A stretch of DNA of 60,837 bases, the filler included, from Sphacelaria rigidula (taxonomy: Eukaryota): the NCBI GenBank assembly GCA_964200075.2. It is 6 parts of 6 records of this genome, joined end to end, with 100 filler letters (N's around TTAATTAATTAA, not from the genome) between each part and the next. Parts side by side here need not be neighbours in the genome. Positions count along the whole stretch, not along the records: positions 10,158 to 20,214 come from CAXNAA020007236.1; positions 20,315 to 30,370 come from CAXNAA020007237.1; 4 more parts are not named here. One strand, written 5' to 3'. Below, piece after piece: positions 12,510 to 24,557 of the stretch. The notes beneath the pieces are model-generated. The model worked only from the letters and a program-made list of their open reading frames with translations, was not told where the DNA came from and did no database searches. The position numbers and the translations under genes are program-made. Position 1 is the stretch's first letter. Each line of letters opens with the position of its first letter.

Positions 12510-13152
12510 TGGGGAACAAGTGATGCAGTGACGGTAACAGCACGCGAACAGACCAGCGGCTTCAAGCAGGGCGGCAATCACGCGCAAGGGTGTATGGGTA
12601 TTGTCACAGGTGGAAACGCGGACCGCCTTTCGCACGAGAAGGAGAAGAAGCAATATCAGCAGCAGCAGCAGCATTACTGCCAGTAAATGTGTACGGCTGG
12701 GGGTGGGTCTAAATCAGCCGGTGCCAATACTGCTGCTGCTGCTGCTGCTGCTACTACTGTTCTTCCTCGTGGGAGAGACGGTCCGCGTTTCAATCGTGCT
12801 ACAACGCCCACGCACCTTACGCGTGATAGCCACCGTGCTGGAAGCGCTGGCCCGTACTACCCCCCGATGGGTCCATGCTCCCTCACTTGGCCAAGTGCTG
12901 GGAGAGATAGCTGTGAGTATCTCTCTGTGCGAGCTGTGCACGTCGGGTGTGTCTCGCACGCATGGCTACTGCTGGTGATGGGAGTGAAACCAGCGTCCAA
13001 CACAGGGGACAACAAGTGATACGTACTGAAAATGCTGTCGGGGTAACAAAACGCAAACAGATCATAGTCGATTTCAAGTAGGGAGGGGGCAATCACGCCA
13101 CAGGTGCATGGGCATTGTCGCAGTTCCAAACGCGGACCGCCTCAGGCACGAG

Positions 13153-13185
<33 letters not shown>

Positions 13186-13490
13186 CTTTACTGCCAATAG
13201 ATATGTACGGCTGGGGGTGGGTCTGAATCAGCCGGTGCCGATACTGCTGGTGGTGCTGGTGCTGTTCTTCCTCGTGCGAGAGACGGTCCGCGTTTCGACC
13301 GTGCGAAAACGCCCACGCACCTCGCGGTTAATAATCACCGTGCTGGACAGCGCTGGTGCGCACTACCCGCCGATGGGTCCATGCTTGCTCACTCGGCGAA
13401 GTTCTGGGAGATGTAGCTGTGCGCATCTCTCTGTGGGAGCTGTGCACGTCGAGTGTATCTCCCACGCGTGGCTACTGCTGGTGATGCGAG
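12510..13490. repeat. two tandem units of about 500 bp, each containing a CAG/CTG-centred imperfect hairpin
   Basis: Units at about 12510-13005 and 13005-13490 align throughout. In unit 1, 12553-12700 is the inverted complement of 12715-12850. Confidence 0.85.
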
Positions 13491-14185
13491 CTTAAAGTTA
13501 GCGTGGCTACTGCCAGTGAGGGGAAACCAACTGTCTGTGCGCGCCCCATGAGGAGCGCATCAGCCCACGCCTTATAACTATGTGACGTTCCTTTTCGCAC
13601 TCCCACGCAAATGTCCATCCGCTCCCACAAAAAATACTTTCTAGTCTTTAGCTTCGTATGCACGCCCAAGGTTTAGCTTAATTTCAGGGGTCTACACGTT
13701 ACACGTTTACGTTCACGTTACGTTCATCACGTAAAAGACATATAACGTTCACGTTACGTTACGTATGTCACGTTAAATATATTCTAACGTTACGTAACGT
13801 TTCACTTGGGAATTTAACGTTACGTTAAGGTTACGTTCATCACGTAAAAAAACAATTTACGTTACATTTCGTTACATAAAACGTAATATGAAACGTTTCA
13901 ATGTCACGTGTGAAGTCTAATATAACGTTACGTTGACACGTGTAACGTTCGAATGTAACGTTTCATTCTGTGCATGTCGCGGCTCATTCACCCGTGTTCA
14001 AGGCGTTATGCAACGTGTGGTGTCACGCGTAATGTTACCGTGTAGGTGACGCCGACGGTGACCCGTCGGCTACTTCTCATGTATAAAATAAACTCTATAA
14101 AAAAATGCGTTTTCTGATGAATGACCGAAAAACCACTTCTTATATGATCAGAAGACGCGTTTTTCGAAAGATAAATTGTCTGATA

Positions 14186-14255
14186 ACATTTTCCGATAGC
14201 CCAAATCTATCAGAAAATCCTGATTTTCTTGTAGATTTGGGCTATCGGAAAATGT
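14186..14255. repeat. 70-nt near-perfect hairpin
   Basis: ACATTTTCCGATAGCCCAAATCTA...TAGATTTGGGCTATCGGAAAATGT is a 24-bp perfect stem, with an inner AGAAAATC/GATTTTCT stem. Confidence 0.9.
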
Positions 14256-14320
14256 GAGTGAAAACGCGTTTGAAATCTCGCCGCACGCCAACACACCCTC
14301 TAGCCCACGACAGCATCCAT

Positions 14321-14912
14321 GGTGGCTTGGCTGCCATCACCACTGTTGTCACTGGTGCTCGCGGGCAATCAGCGTGTTGCTTCATTGTCCTTCGCTTGCC
14401 AGTATCATGGCGGCCCTTTACCCCAAGAGAACAGCACAGGGCAGGGTCGATGACGAGTGCTGTACAAACACTCTGTATGTAGTTTGGACAGACAGTATTG
14501 TAGCTCGCAGTTCAGGTCTGTGCTTGCAGCGTGTTATGAACCACACTCGCAATGCAATACAGACTGTCCACGCACCCAAGACTTGTAGAGACAGGACCGC
14601 ACTGACTGTACACACAAGATCACAGTATGAGCAGCGCTACTGCTGTAGTGTCTACAGGGCTTGGGCGCTTGGGCAATCTGTACTGTATTCGAGTGCTGTT
14701 TGCAACACGCTGCATGCACAGACCTGAACTAAGCTACAATACTGTGCAAACTACATACAGAGTGTATGCACAGCACTCGTCATCGACCCTGCCCTGTTCT
14801 ATTTTCATGGGGATAAGGGCCGTGACGCTACTGGCGAGCGAAGGACAGTAAAGCAACACGCTGACTGCCCGCTAGCACCAGCGACAGCAGTGGTGGCGGC
14901 AGCCAAGCCATC
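14321..14912. repeat. foldback of about 590 nt (arms about 285 bp, short loop) inside the hAT element
   Basis: For example CAGGGCAGGGTCGATGACGAGTGCTGT versus ACAGCACTCGTCATCGACCCTGCCCTG. Complementarity runs from GGCTTGGCTGCC to GGCAGCCAAGCC. Confidence 0.9.
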
Positions 14913-16204
14913 ACTATAGCCAATGCATACAATACAGTACTGTTGTGTGGACTGTTGTCCGAACTGTCCTCTCAGTCAAGTACTACCGTGCAGTGAAAAA
15001 GCACAACCCTCACTTCTACAGCTAGTTAGTACAGCAAGGTGGTGTACGTATTGATCGTGTTGCATCACGCAGCCCACCATGTATTGCTCAGGCCATTTAT
15101 CACAGGAGTACAGACAGTCAGTACGGACCGTACACCACGACACGATAGCAGAGTGCTGCGTCTCTCTCGCGCGCCCCATAATTTTAAATTATGCCTGCAC
15201 ACCTCATAGAAAACGATGAACACTGCGTTTCCAATTTTGACAGAGCATCGATCACGTGAGAAGGGTTACTTTGCAAAAGCATGTGGAAAATCGCGCTGTT
15301 GAAAAAACGGCTTTTCTGACAACGCGCTTTTTTGTACAGGTACATGAGAAGTAGCCTTGAATGTGGTTGAGATGATCATGATGATATGATGCAGTCCTGC
15401 AACGATAACTTGGAATTTGAGTTGTGGTGGGGAGAGCGCGAAATTGCTGCAATTGTACCATACCTTTACCATGGTCATCCAAACTCACTCGTGTTCATTG
15501 AAGCACAATCTTCTGGGATTTTGAAATTCATTGCAAACTTGAAGTTTCACCACTTCATGCGACGTGTCCATGAGGTTTCATGTAACGTGTAACGTAACAT
15601 GTAACGCTACGTATAACGTGTTACGTCTACTGCACGCGTAACGTGTAATATACCTTACACGTTACATCTAACGTTTCATATTACTTGATTTGAACGTCTG
15701 GGCAATTTAACGTTCACGTTACGTCACGTATGTCACGTTAAAAAATTTAACGTCACGTGTCATTTGAAATTTTAACGTTACATTCACGTCACGTTCATCA
15801 CGTAATATTTTTTCAACGTTCACGTTACGTTTCGGCCAAAACGTAACGTGAACGTAACGTGTAACGTTGTGGAACATGCAACATGTAGACCCCTGCTTGA
15901 TTTGGGGGTGTTGGGCTCGAAAAAAGATTTTCTGCTACAGGTAAAAGCTTAAAACGAGCTTAATTTTTTTGAAAAGCTTATAATGTGCGTGAAACGAGCA
16001 TGATGTTGCGATAATTTTTTATGCGCCTCCTGTAGCCATTGTACCAGCTGCCTGAAAGTGCCCCATGTGGGCCACTCTCGTCCCTAGACAGACTTCAGTA
16101 CTCCATACTGCGATGGTTGCGGGTCTGATCAGAAAAAGATTCCCCCGTATATTTCGTATCCGTGATACTACCGGATGTTGGATTGGAAAATGAAATCACT
16201 GGTC

Positions 16205-16554
16205 GCCCCGGTGGCTGAGTTGGCAACCTCGAACCTTGTGGCTGTTGGGTCGTGGGTTCGAATTTCGGAGTGATCTTGGACTTTTTCTCATGCCCAACAG
16301 TGGAGAGCGACTACATCGTGGGTACACAAAATTCGATTTCACGGTCGACGAGGAAAAGGGACTGTTGAACCCCTCTCGCGATAAAAAATGAAAGAAGCAA
16401 GCACCGCGGAAGGAAGGTGGGGTACGAAAACAAAGCAAAGCAAAACAAAACTCCTGTGTTGACTTTCCTTCTGTGTGACCCCGGCTGATGCGCCTACATA
16501 TACCGAAAGGAAGAGACTGGCGTCCACAATAAGCGGGACGACAACACACACACA
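16205..16554 (+). mobile_element. tRNA-derived SINE, full-length copy 1
   Basis: Pol III A box TGGCTGAGTTGG and B box GGTTCGAAT at tRNA spacing. The body is shared with the copy at 28182 (CAGTGGAGAGC..TCGTGGGTACACAAAATTC). Ends in (CA)n. Confidence 0.8.
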
Positions 16555-17138
16555 ATCAACATTTTGTACAATAATCCACAAGAAGGTACCGGATCGAATC
16601 CGCGGTTATGATCAAGTACAATCGGAGCCGGAAGTTTGACAAGATTTCAAGTGTGCGACTGATGGAAGAAAATGGGGGAGCGGGGGTGGTAGCTTGTAGC
16701 TCGTAGCTCGTAGCTTGCCGGGCGAGAGGTCAAAGGTTGCAATATCCTGTGTCCAGAGGCTGCAATGCCCCACTGCTGTATCATGTATCATGAGTGTATT
16801 TAGTGGCGTTTGTTGCTTCGATAGAACAACATTTTCATGGGATTGAGAGCAGCGGATATTTCGGAACTGAAGCCCTTGATACCCGTGTGTGAGATATCGA
16901 CGTGTAACGTGTAGCTGTAAGCACGCGCCAATCTTACCGGCAACGAAAACGCACACATAACGTGAAACTGTTCAAGTGAAAACGGACGAGATATGTAATT
17001 CCTGTAAGGTAAGTCAAAGTGCGACGATCAATGAATCGATCGATCACTCCCAATCAACTCTCTACTCTCAATCTCACGAAAACACCATAGGCTTGTTCAC
17101 GCAAAAGACGCAAAAAACACTCATCGGCAAAACTTCAA

Positions 17139-17770
17139 GCCGTTTCAAGCAGTTACACCCTGAAATTTTGCACAAGTGCTCTATCGGCCATTACGCAATT
17201 TTCCACGGTCGATTTTTTTCTTCAGTCTTTGACTTTTTCACCGTTTATCGGGGGTCCAGTCGGACCCCCGTAAAACGGTTAGAATAAATAAATAACAAAA
17301 TCCTCGCTCATCCAAGATTGCGTAATTACCTATAGCTTAGAACACCTGTGCGAAATTTCAGGGTCCAACTCCTTGAAACGGCGGGAATTTTTCCGCGTTT
17401 GTGCAATGAACATTGCCGTGACACAGTGAAACCGCAAACTACTACATTTTAGTATGAACATCGCGTTTTTGGGGCCTTCCTTGACGTTAACATGAAAATT
17501 CAAGCGTCAGTTACTCGAGTTTGGCCACGGAATTCTGTGTGGATCTCCCTTTGGTTTTTCGGCAACAGGGCGTTCGCGAAAAAATGAAAAAAAATATCGT
17601 AGTGCCGGTTTTCCGGGGTCCCAAGATGAAGAAGATTTTGAAAAACGGCTTGGATCCCGTCGGACCCCCGAAAACGGTAAAGAAAAAGTCGAGAAGTAGA
17701 AGAACCTCGTCGCTCGAAACTGGCGTAATGACCCATAGCACATTTGTGCAAAATTTCAGGATGTAACTCC
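17139..17770. repeat. cluster of inverted repeats, probably transposon-derived
   Basis: GCCGTTTCAAG..CCCTGAAATTTTGCACAAGTG (from 17139) recurs inverted at about 17340-17382 and about 17643-17770. Local palindrome CGGGGGTCC..GGACCCCCG at about 17249-17270. Confidence 0.65.
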
Positions 17771-20049
17771 TAATAAAAGCGTGAAGGTGTGCACGTTTGT
17801 GGGAGGACGTGAGCTTAGCGAACTCCCAACCACTTGGTTTGAGTATGAAAACGTCTTTTTTGGGCGAATTTTACGTCATGGCGAGAAATACTGTGCGAGC
17901 TTTTTCGCCGACCAAACTTTGTACATGTGCTCCTTGGACTATCTCAGGACGCATCATATAATTATTTCTTCTCTTGACGGTACTCTGTACCGCCTTCTGG
18001 GGGTCTTTACATGGGGGCCCCAGGGAGCCGGTACAGAGCGGAGGAACTTTGAAATGCTGCCAAGAATACAATTTCTCCATTTAGCGCGTCAACACCCACG
18101 GAACAGCCAAGTTTGAGGATGATCTGAGCATTTTTACAACAAATATAAGGGAAAGCGTCACGAGGCTCCCTGGGCTTTCGTGCATATCATGAGTGGAAAT
18201 TAGAGGACGCTCAAACTCCACATCACCGAAACATTGCGCATAATTCGACCCCGTTGAAACCGTTTTCAAATGTGTTTCTCCCGTTAGATTCCCAAGCTGA
18301 TGACGGTTACTACGATTTGAATCACGTGGAGATTCGGTGGAAATTGCGCTTGGAATTCGTGTTTTCAATTTCGGAACAATTTGAAAGGCACTGATTGGTC
18401 GAGACACACTTTTGTCCATCACCGCTATAGCCTTGAACAAAATCCGGCTATGTTACCCTCTTCATTTGTTCATTACGGTCACGATGATAGCATGCATGCG
18501 ATTATTGGGTGCGCATCACGGAAGGCATTTGCTGATGACAGAATTTTGGGGTTTTAGCGTGAACCAGCCTGTAAGTGTTACAAGTATAGGTGGTTTGGGG
18601 TGGCCTCCAAACTGAACGATCGAAGAAAAGTTCTATTTTTCAATGAAAAACAAACTTGAGAACTTCGAATACCCAATTTGTCGTCTTGTCCTCATGCCAG
18701 AAGGCTAGCCTCGTGAGGGGATACAGCCACAACGCCACAACAAGGACAAGAAGGAGTCGCAAGAAAAACACATGTTGTCGCTGAAAAAAGCTTGAAATGA
18801 GGCTTCAAGCAACGAAGAAAAGCTTATATATATATATATATATATACATCGCGAAAAAAAAAAGGAGCCTAAATTGAATAAAAAACGCGCATACGGAGCT
18901 AAGGCCTATTAATAACCAAAATATTAATTTTCGTGAAAGTGATTTCGGGGGAGGTGAAAATGTGGTATCAAATCACAACCAATCGGAATAAAATATTTAA
19001 AAAACCCGAACCGCCACAATCGCTGTCACTATCACGTCACATTCCCCCACTGTTGGACTCGATAACACGGACCCTCAGCGTCTATACTTGGACATTGAGA
19101 TCATAAATTTATGTGAGCTTATGCTTCAGCTCCGAGCTGTGTGACAGGTGTGTACCAACCACTGCGAGGGTCGTTGCGCCGCTGGTTCGTGTTGATCTTC
19201 ATTGCGAACAGACCAAAGGATCTTGGCGAATAGCCTAAAAAATCCTAGAATAATAACGCTGCGGCTTACAAAACCCCCCGACTCGGACCAGTTCGTGCGG
19301 CGGAATGGATTCAGTTCGTTTTGCTGTGTTAGAGTCAGAGTGAAATTGCACGCTTTGGATCGAAAAGGGTAAACGAAATTCGTGAAGCGGTACCTGTTTA
19401 CTTGTATTCAACACAGACAGCAGTACAGAAAGCACACACAGTACATGCTGCCTGTGGATAGTGTGTTTCGTACAGCATGCAGGCGCCACGTGGAAAACAA
19501 GCGGGCAACGTGGCATACAGACAGCAGAGCTGTCTCTACTCTGCACACAGGGGGATATGTAGAAGATTTCAATCACGTGCAGTTTTACCCTGCCTCTACT
19601 GTCCACAAGCTTGTTCACAATTCGGTCACCCACCCCAGCATGTAACTCCGTCAGTGGACCATACCACAAAGTTAGATGCCCAAGTTTTCGCCAAAAACAA
19701 AAAAACACGTCATGCCAAGATAGTTGTGGTGTCAGCTCCTTCTCACTGCAGTGTATGCATCCTTGTACTCAGCTCGTGATCTACGCTGCAGGGTTGTGTT
19801 GGTAGCTGCGAATGAACCATGTGGGTTTTGCATAGTTCCGTGAAAGGGTGGTATCTGGCATGGCTGTCTGCAACATGAGAGTCATGCACCTCTTCGTTCA
19901 TTTCCGCCGCTCGTTTCGCTCGAAATAGCCGAGCTTTTCTGTTTTTGACCCTGACCGTCGCGCGCAAATGGTTATAAAATGAACTTGAAGCCCTCTTTGA
20001 GAAAGCGCCGCTGCCGAAAAAAAAAGCGCCACCGCTTTTTTCCTGGGGA

Positions 20050-20214
20050 GGGGGGGTGTACTCATGATCATGCATGCCATAGTCATCATCATCATCAGAT
20101 CATTGACCTCGCATTCCTACAAAGCCGGGACGGAGCACGCCGGGTTTTCGCCGGACCAGGCTCGCACTCAATCACCCAGCGCGAAGCGCCGTGGTGTATT
20201 CGGCGAGTCGCATG
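20050..20214. repeat. high-copy dispersed repeat at contig ends
   Basis: The motifs GTACTCATGATCATGCATGCCATAGT and CTACAAAGCCGGGACGGAGCACGCC recur at 30520-30545 and 50783-50876 (inverted), and partly at 26568-26682 and 30335-30356. Confidence 0.8.
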
Positions 20215-20314
20215 NNNNNNNNNNNNNNNNNNNNNNNNNNNNNNNNNNNNNNNNNNNNTTAATTAATTAANNNNNNNNNNNNNNNNNNNNNNNNNNNNNN
20301 NNNNNNNNNNNNNN
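20215..20314. other. artificial contig linker
   Basis: N-TTAATTAATTAA-N, 100 nt. Confidence 0.97.
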
Positions 20315-20531
20315 TTGTCGGCCTAATGCCCCTCGATCGCGCAGATACTTTTTCAGCGCATTTCACCGACTCTGTGAGCTTACAGCGCTGACCGAAACTG
20401 CTGTTTTCCCTTATATCACCCCCCCCTAAAAAAAAGTAGAAATGGCGGTTTCGGGCAGCGCTGTTAGCTAACAGAGTCGATAAAATGCGCTGAAGAAGTA
20501 TCTACGCGATCGAGGGATATTAGGCCGACAA
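20315..20531. mobile_element. foldback MITE (arms about 95 bp)
   Basis: TTGTCGGCCTAAT..CCCTCGATCGCG.AGATACTT.TTCAGCGCATTT is mirrored by AAATGCGCTGAAGAAGTATCTACGCGATCGAGGG.ATTAGGCCGACAA. Confidence 0.8.
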
Positions 20532-21456
20532 GAAAGTCATTGGGCACCAACGCTGAAAGCGTGGAGAAGGTACTGTTTTGAGCTCGAACCTCATTTCATT
20601 GATGAACCTCATTTTATAGAATCCTCTGTTATGTGTCATCCAGATGGACTACCCGCACCGCTGCACCAGATCGCGCCCACCGTTGCGTCAATGGTAGAAC
20701 TACCGCCACACTGCAACACTCCCACATAACATCTCCCGATAGGCACTCCATCGCAAGTCACTCAGAGCGACCATTGACTTGACTGAACGTTCTTCCTAGG
20801 TACGTATTGTTGACGCCTACCCGATAACTTGGAACGCCAATTAACATGAAAACAGAGTTCTCGGGTCGCGGGCAAACCATATGGTCCGAAAGGAGCCGTT
20901 TGCGTGTTGTGAAATTTCACAAACAACAGTGTATTTTGACCTTGCGGCCAGAGGGGAAACAACATTTCAGGCCCGAAACATGAAGCCCTGTGGTCGATAG
21001 AAATATGACCCGCATTTCGATTCTAACATGAAACCACAACCTCTGGCCTCGTTATGGGGGCCTCCAGCGTGCTCAGTGCCTTAGAGGGGTGTAACATTTC
21101 GGCTACTAATTTCGAGCCTTCTGCTTTTTCGCGCGTGCCCATAGAAAGAACTCGTTCCCTTTTTCAGGATCCTGTTATCCCCCATGATGTTTGTTCACTT
21201 TTTGTTTTCGGCCGGCGTGCGTCGACCTTCCATGCGACTGAACACAACCAGGCACCGATGCGCAGGGAATGGCCCGAACCTTGTTCCTGATCGCTCGTCT
21301 TTTTTCCCTTCCCAACATAAGGTTGATGAAAAATCGTTCATATCCGGAGTCACAACGCGAGCTACTTGCTCACTACACCTACTACTACTCAAAGGACGAT
21401 GATCAGTATACAGACGTCACAACGACCGACATGTTCCATCTTCACTCACATCAGAT

Positions 21457-21495
<39 letters not shown>

Positions 21496-21942
21496 CGTAC
21501 ATCATTGTCTACTTCACCTGTTCCGAACGTCAGCGGTGAAATGGGCGAATCGAACATTTCTTGACTTTACCCAGCAGATGTTCGATTCTGTGTTCGAGAA
21601 GAATCGAGCTTTTGTGCAGAAGCGGATAGGAATTTTCCACATCTGGATTGTGGTTGAAGTATCTTGAAGTCATCTATTTCGGAACAGATGTGATGTGATC
21701 GCGTGCGTGAGTCAGTTTAGAGCCTCAGCCTCAGTGTGTAGGAAGCAGCCGAGATACAAGGGCCAGTGCAAGCACGATTAAGCGAGAGTGGTGGGGTGTG
21801 GAGTAATGAGCCCAAGGTGTGCGAGTTCCGGGATACGGGCGTCGCGACTATCAGCGAGTTACAAAATTTCGAACCACTGCGGTAGCTCGTGCGTCCCGAG
21901 TGTTTCTGAAGTTTTGTTTGCAGTTCTCACGGCTCTGGTCAA

Positions 21943-23243
21943 CATGCCATCGTCAGGAGGAGCGTCGTAAGGAGGAGCGTCGGCGGGGGCGGGGGGCAAT
22001 GGTAAACAGAAGGCCGCTGCGCCCGCCTCCGCGCTCGCACCCCAGACGCGGTCGTCTTCCACCAGGTCTGCTGCTGCAGCACACAGCGGAGACATTGATG
22101 ACCCTGCCCCGGGGTGGCTCGCCCTCGACGATGGGATGGCGGTAGGTTTGCCGCGGGCGACCATCCAACAGATCGATACGTTGGATAGCCAGGTGGGCGA
22201 TATCACCGATTATATGGGCCGCATTAGCTACCGCGTGGACACCATCGCCGCCAACCTTGAGGGCACCAAGACGAGCGTGGAGGGTTCGGATTCCAAGATG
22301 ACCTCGGTTACAGACGAGGTTTGTCAGTTGACGGAGATGGTCCAACAGTTGGTTTCATCAGGGGCGAGACCCGTAGTATACGTCAGCCGCCCCGATGATA
22401 GTGATTTTTCCCACGCGGCCGTCAGCGGTCCTGGCACAGAGGCGGCTAGGCCGCTCACTACCATCGCTGGTGATGTGTCCCTGCGGTCACCGGCCCGGCC
22501 AGCGGTGGTATGGCCAGGTACGCCAGGCGTACGCGCGAAGCCGCACGGGGAATTTGCAGAGACTGGCTTGGGATCACGCACCTTCCACATCGGTTCGACG
22601 GTAGCACAACCCGCCCCCCCCCTGCTCATTGGGACAACACCGACCTGCAGGCAGCAAATCTTGCCGGTTCGGGACCCGTGGGTGGAGGTGGGTCGTGGAC
22701 CAACGCGCAGCCGTGGAGTGGACAGCAGCCGGCGGCAAATCAGGCTGCAGCTTGGGCGGAAGTGGAGCAGCGGCTAAAGTACGAGGTGCGGGATCGTGTG
22801 GAGCTTTGACAGGACGCCGCGTCGCGTAAGTGGTGGCTCCTCACCGGCAAACCGCCGGCACAATCATTCAGTCCACCTGAGTTGCAGGGCGTCCTGGGTA
22901 CTATGATACATGTCTCTTCGAAGGTGGCGAGCATGTTCCGCACTCTCTCTCTACTTGACGCTGCAGCAGTCATACCGCGAGGTGCGGCGGGATCTAGTTC
23001 GAGCGACAAGATATCCCTGCCGGACCATTTGGGTCTGATGGGTGAAGCCATCGGGCGCTTGCTGGGTGCCGGTCTGGGAACGCCGTCCGGGGCCGAGGAA
23101 GCGATGTGTGCCGGACGGGTGAAGGCGCTTACGGCAGCCTTTGCGAACATGACCTCCGATCTTCGGTCGTACAACAACGCCCACTTCGATATGATGACGC
23201 AGCGCGCGGGTACTGATACCACGACCCTCATCATCAACTCTGA
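21943..23243 (+). pseudogene. more decayed mirror copy of the same ORF in the left arm
   Basis: Same peptide blocks, with a 15-bp duplication carrying a stop near 21955-21975, frameshifts, and TGA at 22807-22809. Confidence 0.55.
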
Positions 23244-23265
23244 CCTCGGCAAGTGTATCAGCTGA

Positions 23266-24557
23266 TCAGAGTTGATAATGAGGGTCGTGGTATCAGTACC
23301 CGCGCGCTGCGTCATCATATCGAAGTGGGCGTTGGTGTACGACCGAAGATCGGAGGTCATCTTCGCAAAGGCTGCCGTAAGCGCCTCCACCCGGCCGGCA
23401 CACATCGCGTCCTCTGCCCCGGACGGCGCTCCCAGACCGGCACTCAGCAAGCGCCCGAAGGCTTCACCCATCAGACCCAAACGGTCCGGCAGGGGTATCT
23501 TGTCGCTCGAACTAGAACCCGCCACACCGCGCGGCATGATTTCTGCAACGTCAAGTAGAGAGAGAGTGCGGAACATGCTCGTTACCTTCGAAGAGACATC
23601 TATCATAGCACCCAGGACACCCTGCAACTCAGGTGGACTGAATGACTGTGCCGGCGGTTTGCCGGTGAGGAGTTACCACTTACGCGACGCGGCGTCCTGC
23701 CACAGCTGCACACGATCCCGCACCTCGTACTTTCGTCGCTGCCCCACTTCCGCCCAAGCTGCAGCCTGATTTTCCGTCGGCTGCTGTCCACCCCACGGCT
23801 GCGCGTTGGTCCACGACCCGCCTCCACCCACGGGTCCCGAACCGGCAAGGTCTGCAGTCTGCAGGTCGATGTTGTCCCAACGAGCAGCTGGGGGGGCGGG
23901 TTGTGCTGCCGTCGAACCGATGTGGAAGGTGCTTGATCCCCAGCCAGCCTCTGCAAATTCCCCGCGCGGCTCCACGCGTATCCCTGGCGTACCTGGCCAT
24001 ACCACCGCTGGCCGGGCCGGTGACCGCAAGGACACATTACCAGCGACGGTAGTGAGTGGCCTAGCCGCCTCTGTGCCAGGACCCCTGACGGCCGCGTGGG
24101 AAAAATTACTATCATCGGGGCGGCTGACGGATGCTACGGGTCTCGCCCCTGATAAAACCAACTGTTGGACCACCTCCCTCAACTGACGAACCTCGTCTGT
24201 AACCGAGGTCATCTTGGAATCCAAACCCTCCACGCTCGTCTTGGTGCCCTCAAGGTTGTCGGCGATGGTGTCCACGCGGTCGCTAATTCGGCGCATATTT
24301 TCGGTGATGTCGCCCACCTGGCTGTCCAACGTATCGGTTTGTTGGATTGTCGCCCGCGGCAAACCTACCGCCATCCCCTCGTCAAGGGCGAGCCACCCCG
24401 ACGTAGGGTCATCAATGTGCGTGTCTTCGCTGTGTGCCGCAGCCGCAGACCTGGTGGAAGACGACCTCGTCTGGGGTGCAGGCGCGGAGGCGGGCGCAGC
24501 GGCCCTCTGTTTACCATTGCCCCCCGCCCTCGCCGACGCTCCTCCTGACGACAGCAT
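23266..24557 (-). pseudogene. retroelement ORF1/gag-like coiled-coil ORF in the right arm; one in-frame stop, truncated at the palindrome centre
   Basis: MLSSGGASARAGGNGKQR... followed by a heptad segment IQQTDTLDSQVGDITENMRRISDRVDTIADNLEGTKTSVEGLDSKMTSVTDEVRQLREVVQQL. A single TAA at 23673-23675 where the left arm has TGG. The family assignment is inferred from architecture only. Confidence 0.55.

Larger units (their letters stand above)
13685..15895. mobile_element. non-autonomous hAT-like DNA transposon with ACGT(TA) subterminal arrays
   Basis: TIR CAGGGGTCTACA... / ...TGTAGACCCCTG. 8-bp flanks CTTAATTT (13677-13684) and CTTGATTT (15896-15903) match 7/8. Dense AACGTT/TTACGT motifs at 13695-13960 and 15580-15870. 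No transposase recognised. Confidence 0.85.

Noticed and set aside
16205..16275. Possible tRNA gene (also 28182-28250)
   Set aside because: The anticodon, T and acceptor stems do not pair properly, and each copy continues into a shared body and CA tail, which makes it a SINE head.
22740..23627. 295-aa ORF running through the palindrome centre
   Set aside because: Its second half is simply the antisense of the other arm. It is a by-product of the inverted duplication.
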